The notes under the pieces: generated by a model
The model's database searches: none
What the model was told of the DNA's origin: nothing
Seen by the model: only the letters and a program-made list of their open reading frames with translations
Origin: a virus
Taxonomy: Duplodnaviria > Caudoviricetes
IMG/VR virus record: IMGVR_UViG_3300024331_000002
Location: 1 to 44,584 of that record
Reading direction: 5' to 3' (one strand)
Length of the DNA stretch: 44,584 nucleotides
Translations under genes and position numbers: made by a program
Shown here: one piece after another, positions 42,184 to 44,584 of the stretch
Layout: each line of letters opens with the position of its first letter
Numbering within the stretch: the first letter of the stretch is position 1

Positions 42184-43727
42184 GGAGTCTGTTTCTTTTT
42201 CCAATCAGCGAATCCGCCACCAGAGGCAGGAGCGGCAGCGGCAGGAGTCTTCGGAGTTTCACCCGGCGACGGCATCGGCTGCTTGCCGTGCTTGGCCGCT
42301 TCGATGAACGACTGCACGCTTTTGTCTATTTCATCCACGGCTGCCAGCGTCGCTTCCGGCCCATTGCGGAAGTGGTTCAGGATGCGGTCTTCGGTTTCCT
42401 TCACGGCTTCCGCTGACCTGAGACCATGCGCGCCGTTGCTGGCCAATGCGATGTTGTGCATGGCCACGCCAAGCCTTGAAATCTCTGGATCATCCGAACC
42501 GACCATCTGTTGCACGGAAGTGACCCGGCCAGCGACCTTCCCAAATAGGTTCGGATTGTCGCGGATCATTCTTCGCATGTCGTCGCTGTTCTGGATGACG
42601 TTCTGCGCAAGGTCGGCGCGCTTCAGGCGTTCCGCTCCAGGAGCATTCGCCACCGCCGCATGAGCCACGCGCGGGCCGATTGGCTTACCCGTCTTCTCGT
42701 CCGTAGTAGTTCCAGGGATGGGATCGCCGTTATCATCAACGCCGAAGTAATCAGCGACGAACTTCTTTTTGTCGAGCCCTAGCTTTCCTGCTGCCGTCGC
42801 TGCGTTTTGCGCCATGACCTTGATGCGGTCACGAATCGCCTGATTCTGCGGAGAGTTGGGATTAGCACGCATCTGGTCAACGAGCGTTCGCGCTTGTGCA
42901 GCATCAGCCTGAGCCACTTTCAAATCGTGGACGGCGCGCTCATTCTCACTCATGTCTTCAGGTGCGAGCGGAATGGCCTTTCCATTCTCGTCTTCCTTCA
43001 ATCCCTGCTTGCGAAGGGCTACTTCGCGGGCGCTCTTATCCTTCCACTCCGTTTCGGTTAGTTTGCGCTCGGCGTCAGCCAGTTTCTGTTGGTTGACATC
43101 TGATAGGTTTTCTTCGTGCTTCTCGCGCGTCTTCTCGGAAGCCTCCGCGGTCTCGCGTGTTTCGGCTTCACCCAGTCTCCTGGTAACTCGCCCTTCCTCG
43201 CGTTGCCTGTTCAGGTCAGTTCCAGGTATGAGCGCCATCGTGGCAGGCGCTACGATGTCACCGGCGATATTCCCAACTTTAGCTGCGATGTGCGCCAACT
43301 TTCCGCCAAATCCTGGATGGTTCTCTTCACTGCCCCACGGATGCGCCTTTTCGTCTTCTATCTTTTGCAGTCGATTCTGGTAGTCGGCCGCACTGCCAGC
43401 CGCAACTCCAGGCGAGGTCATCGGCAGTGCTTCTCGCGCCTTGAAGCCGATAGGCTGCAATCGTGTCGCATCGCTTGGTGGCAAGGAACTTCCCCCGATA
43501 GGAGTCAGCCTATCGACGCTAGGCGCTTCGGCGTTCTCCAGTGCGCGGCCCGGCACGCGAGGTTCTGCGCCAGACCCAGCCATCCAAGGCTTCGCTGGAC
43601 TCGGCAACGGTTGCGGAGGCACACCAGGTTGAGGTGCGACCGACATTCCGCCACTGAGCGCCATGAGACGCCGCAAGCGGTCAGGGTCTGTGTTGCTGTC
43701 CGATGGTATTGCTGTTAGGTCAGCCAT
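42180..43727 (-). CDS. DNA ejection/internal virion protein (gp20-like position)
   Basis: Pro-rich N-terminus and coiled-coil core; synteny. Confidence 0.65.
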   Translation of the reverse strand: MADLTAIPSDSNTDPDRLRRLMALSGGMSVAPQPGVPPQPLPSPAKPWMAGSGAEPRVPGRALENAEAPSVDRLTPIGGSSLPPSDATRLQPIGFKAREALPMTSPGVAAGSAADYQNRLQKIEDEKAHPWGSEENHPGFGGKLAHIAAKVGNIAGDIVAPATMALIPGTDLNRQREEGRVTRRLGEAETRETAEASEKTREKHEENLSDVNQQKLADAERKLTETEWKDKSAREVALRKQGLKEDENGKAIPLAPEDMSENERAVHDLKVAQADAAQARTLVDQMRANPNSPQNQAIRDRIKVMAQNAATAAGKLGLDKKKFVADYFGVDDNGDPIPGTTTDEKTGKPIGPRVAHAAVANAPGAERLKRADLAQNVIQNSDDMRRMIRDNPNLFGKVAGRVTSVQQMVGSDDPEISRLGVAMHNIALASNGAHGLRSAEAVKETEDRILNHFRNGPEATLAAVDEIDKSVQSFIEAAKHGKQPMPSPGETPKTPAAAAPASGGGFADWKKKQTP

Positions 43728-44360
43728 TTATCCGCCGCTCGCGGCCCCTGCGCCAGCCTTCGCGCCTTGGGTCAGTGTATCGATCCAGTTCATTGCGTTT
43801 TGCTGCCAGCCGCTCTTTCCGGCGTTGATCCACGAATTGATGTCCTCGGGGACCAATCCCTCTGCCTTGAGTTGCGCGCCTACGTCGGTACCGTAGAGTC
43901 CACCGAGGGCCTTGGCTGCTTGATCCTGCTGGCCGAGTTTGACCTTGGTGTTTTCGTTCTGCACATTAAGAGCGTTTTCGCTGAGTTGCCGTGTCTTTGC
44001 GCGCGCTGCCTCATCGAGAACACCTGACAGCGCCCCAGTATTTCGTGTGCGTGCGGCGGTCAAATTTGCCTGCCCAGTTATGCCCGCATTCGCTCCGCCA
44101 GACCCTTGCTCACCGGCAACGAGCATATTGTTTCGATCAGTCGGATTTATACCGGTTGGATTCGTAAGCTGTTTTTGCTCGTACGGGACCAGCGTAGAGC
44201 CAATGTCCGTGGCGGCAGTGCCGTAATTCCCAGCCGTGGTGTTGGCCTGATTGACCGCGTTCTTTCCGGCCTTTTCCGCAGCCTTCACGCCTGCGATGTC
44301 GATAGTCCCAAACAACGGGTCAGCCAAGACGCGCCTGGTCGTTCTGTAAGCTATTCTCAT
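43728..44360 (-). CDS. DNA ejection/internal virion protein (gp7-like position)
   Basis: G/A/N/Q-rich, 210 aa, follows the GNAT-like gene. Confidence 0.65.
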   Translation of the reverse strand: MRIAYRTTRRVLADPLFGTIDIAGVKAAEKAGKNAVNQANTTAGNYGTAATDIGSTLVPYEQKQLTNPTGINPTDRNNMLVAGEQGSGGANAGITGQANLTAARTRNTGALSGVLDEAARAKTRQLSENALNVQNENTKVKLGQQDQAAKALGGLYGTDVGAQLKAEGLVPEDINSWINAGKSGWQQNAMNWIDTLTQGAKAGAGAASGG

Positions 44361-44584
44361 AGGTTTCTGGCCACCGTTATTCCTGGAGCGAAGCGCCAGC
44401 CGATCTTCTTTAGGCGCCGTGCGAATCGTGGATGCACTTGCGCGCTGGCTTCATCTACCCCGAAAAACCTGCATCGCTCGGTCATTGCGTCTTGAATCAT
44501 TCCAATGGAGTCCAGGCGTCCCTGTGGCGTGGCCCAAGTATCATCAATCAGCAGATAGGCGTTGACCTGCAAGCGCGCAAAGGC
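44357..44584 (-). CDS. 3' part of the junction-spanning GNAT-like protein (starts at 277)
   Basis: The frame continues through the terminal repeat; 277-115 = 162 nt, in frame. Confidence 0.75.
   Translation of the reverse strand, partial: AFARLQVNAYLLIDDTWATPQGRLDSIGMIQDAMTERCRFFGVDEASAQVHPRFARRLKKIGWRFAPGITVARNL
44458..44584. repeat. Terminal direct repeat, right copy
   Basis: Identical to 1-127. Confidence 0.97.

Overview
This window is almost certainly one complete, circularly assembled tailed-phage genome: bases 1-127 repeat exactly at 44458-44584 (unit length 44,457 bp), and a GNAT-like gene reads in frame across the junction. Almost all genes are on the minus strand and are tightly coupled by ATGA/TAATG-type overlaps. 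The layout is podovirus-like (P22/T7-type short tail). Reading from an early sigma70 promoter at ~30.9 kb, it encodes an XRE regulator, HNH nucleases, an ssDNA-annealing protein, a replication initiator with internal iterons and many microproteins. These are followed by TerS, TerL, portal, scaffold, major capsid, adaptor, fibre, a 1748-aa nozzle, ejection proteins, a tailspike-like protein, a CAZyme and a membrane-rich lysis cassette. I found no integrase, DNA polymerase, helicase, tRNA or CRISPR array. The capsid and CAZyme resemble proteins I recall from Acidobacteriota-associated (pro)phages; this is unverified inference. The most unusual elements are: (1) a tandem double HiPIP-like [4Fe-4S] protein between scaffold and capsid, with a 19-His protein nearby; (2) a tailspike-like beta-helix and two neighbours that all carry Sec-type signal peptides; (3) a GH-A hydrolase/SH3b/PL1 lyase fusion; (4) three solo LuxR-type HTH proteins; and (5) a structured capsid-gene leader, hairpin-gated starts and non-AUG starts. 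All function calls come from motif reading and synteny, not from database searches.
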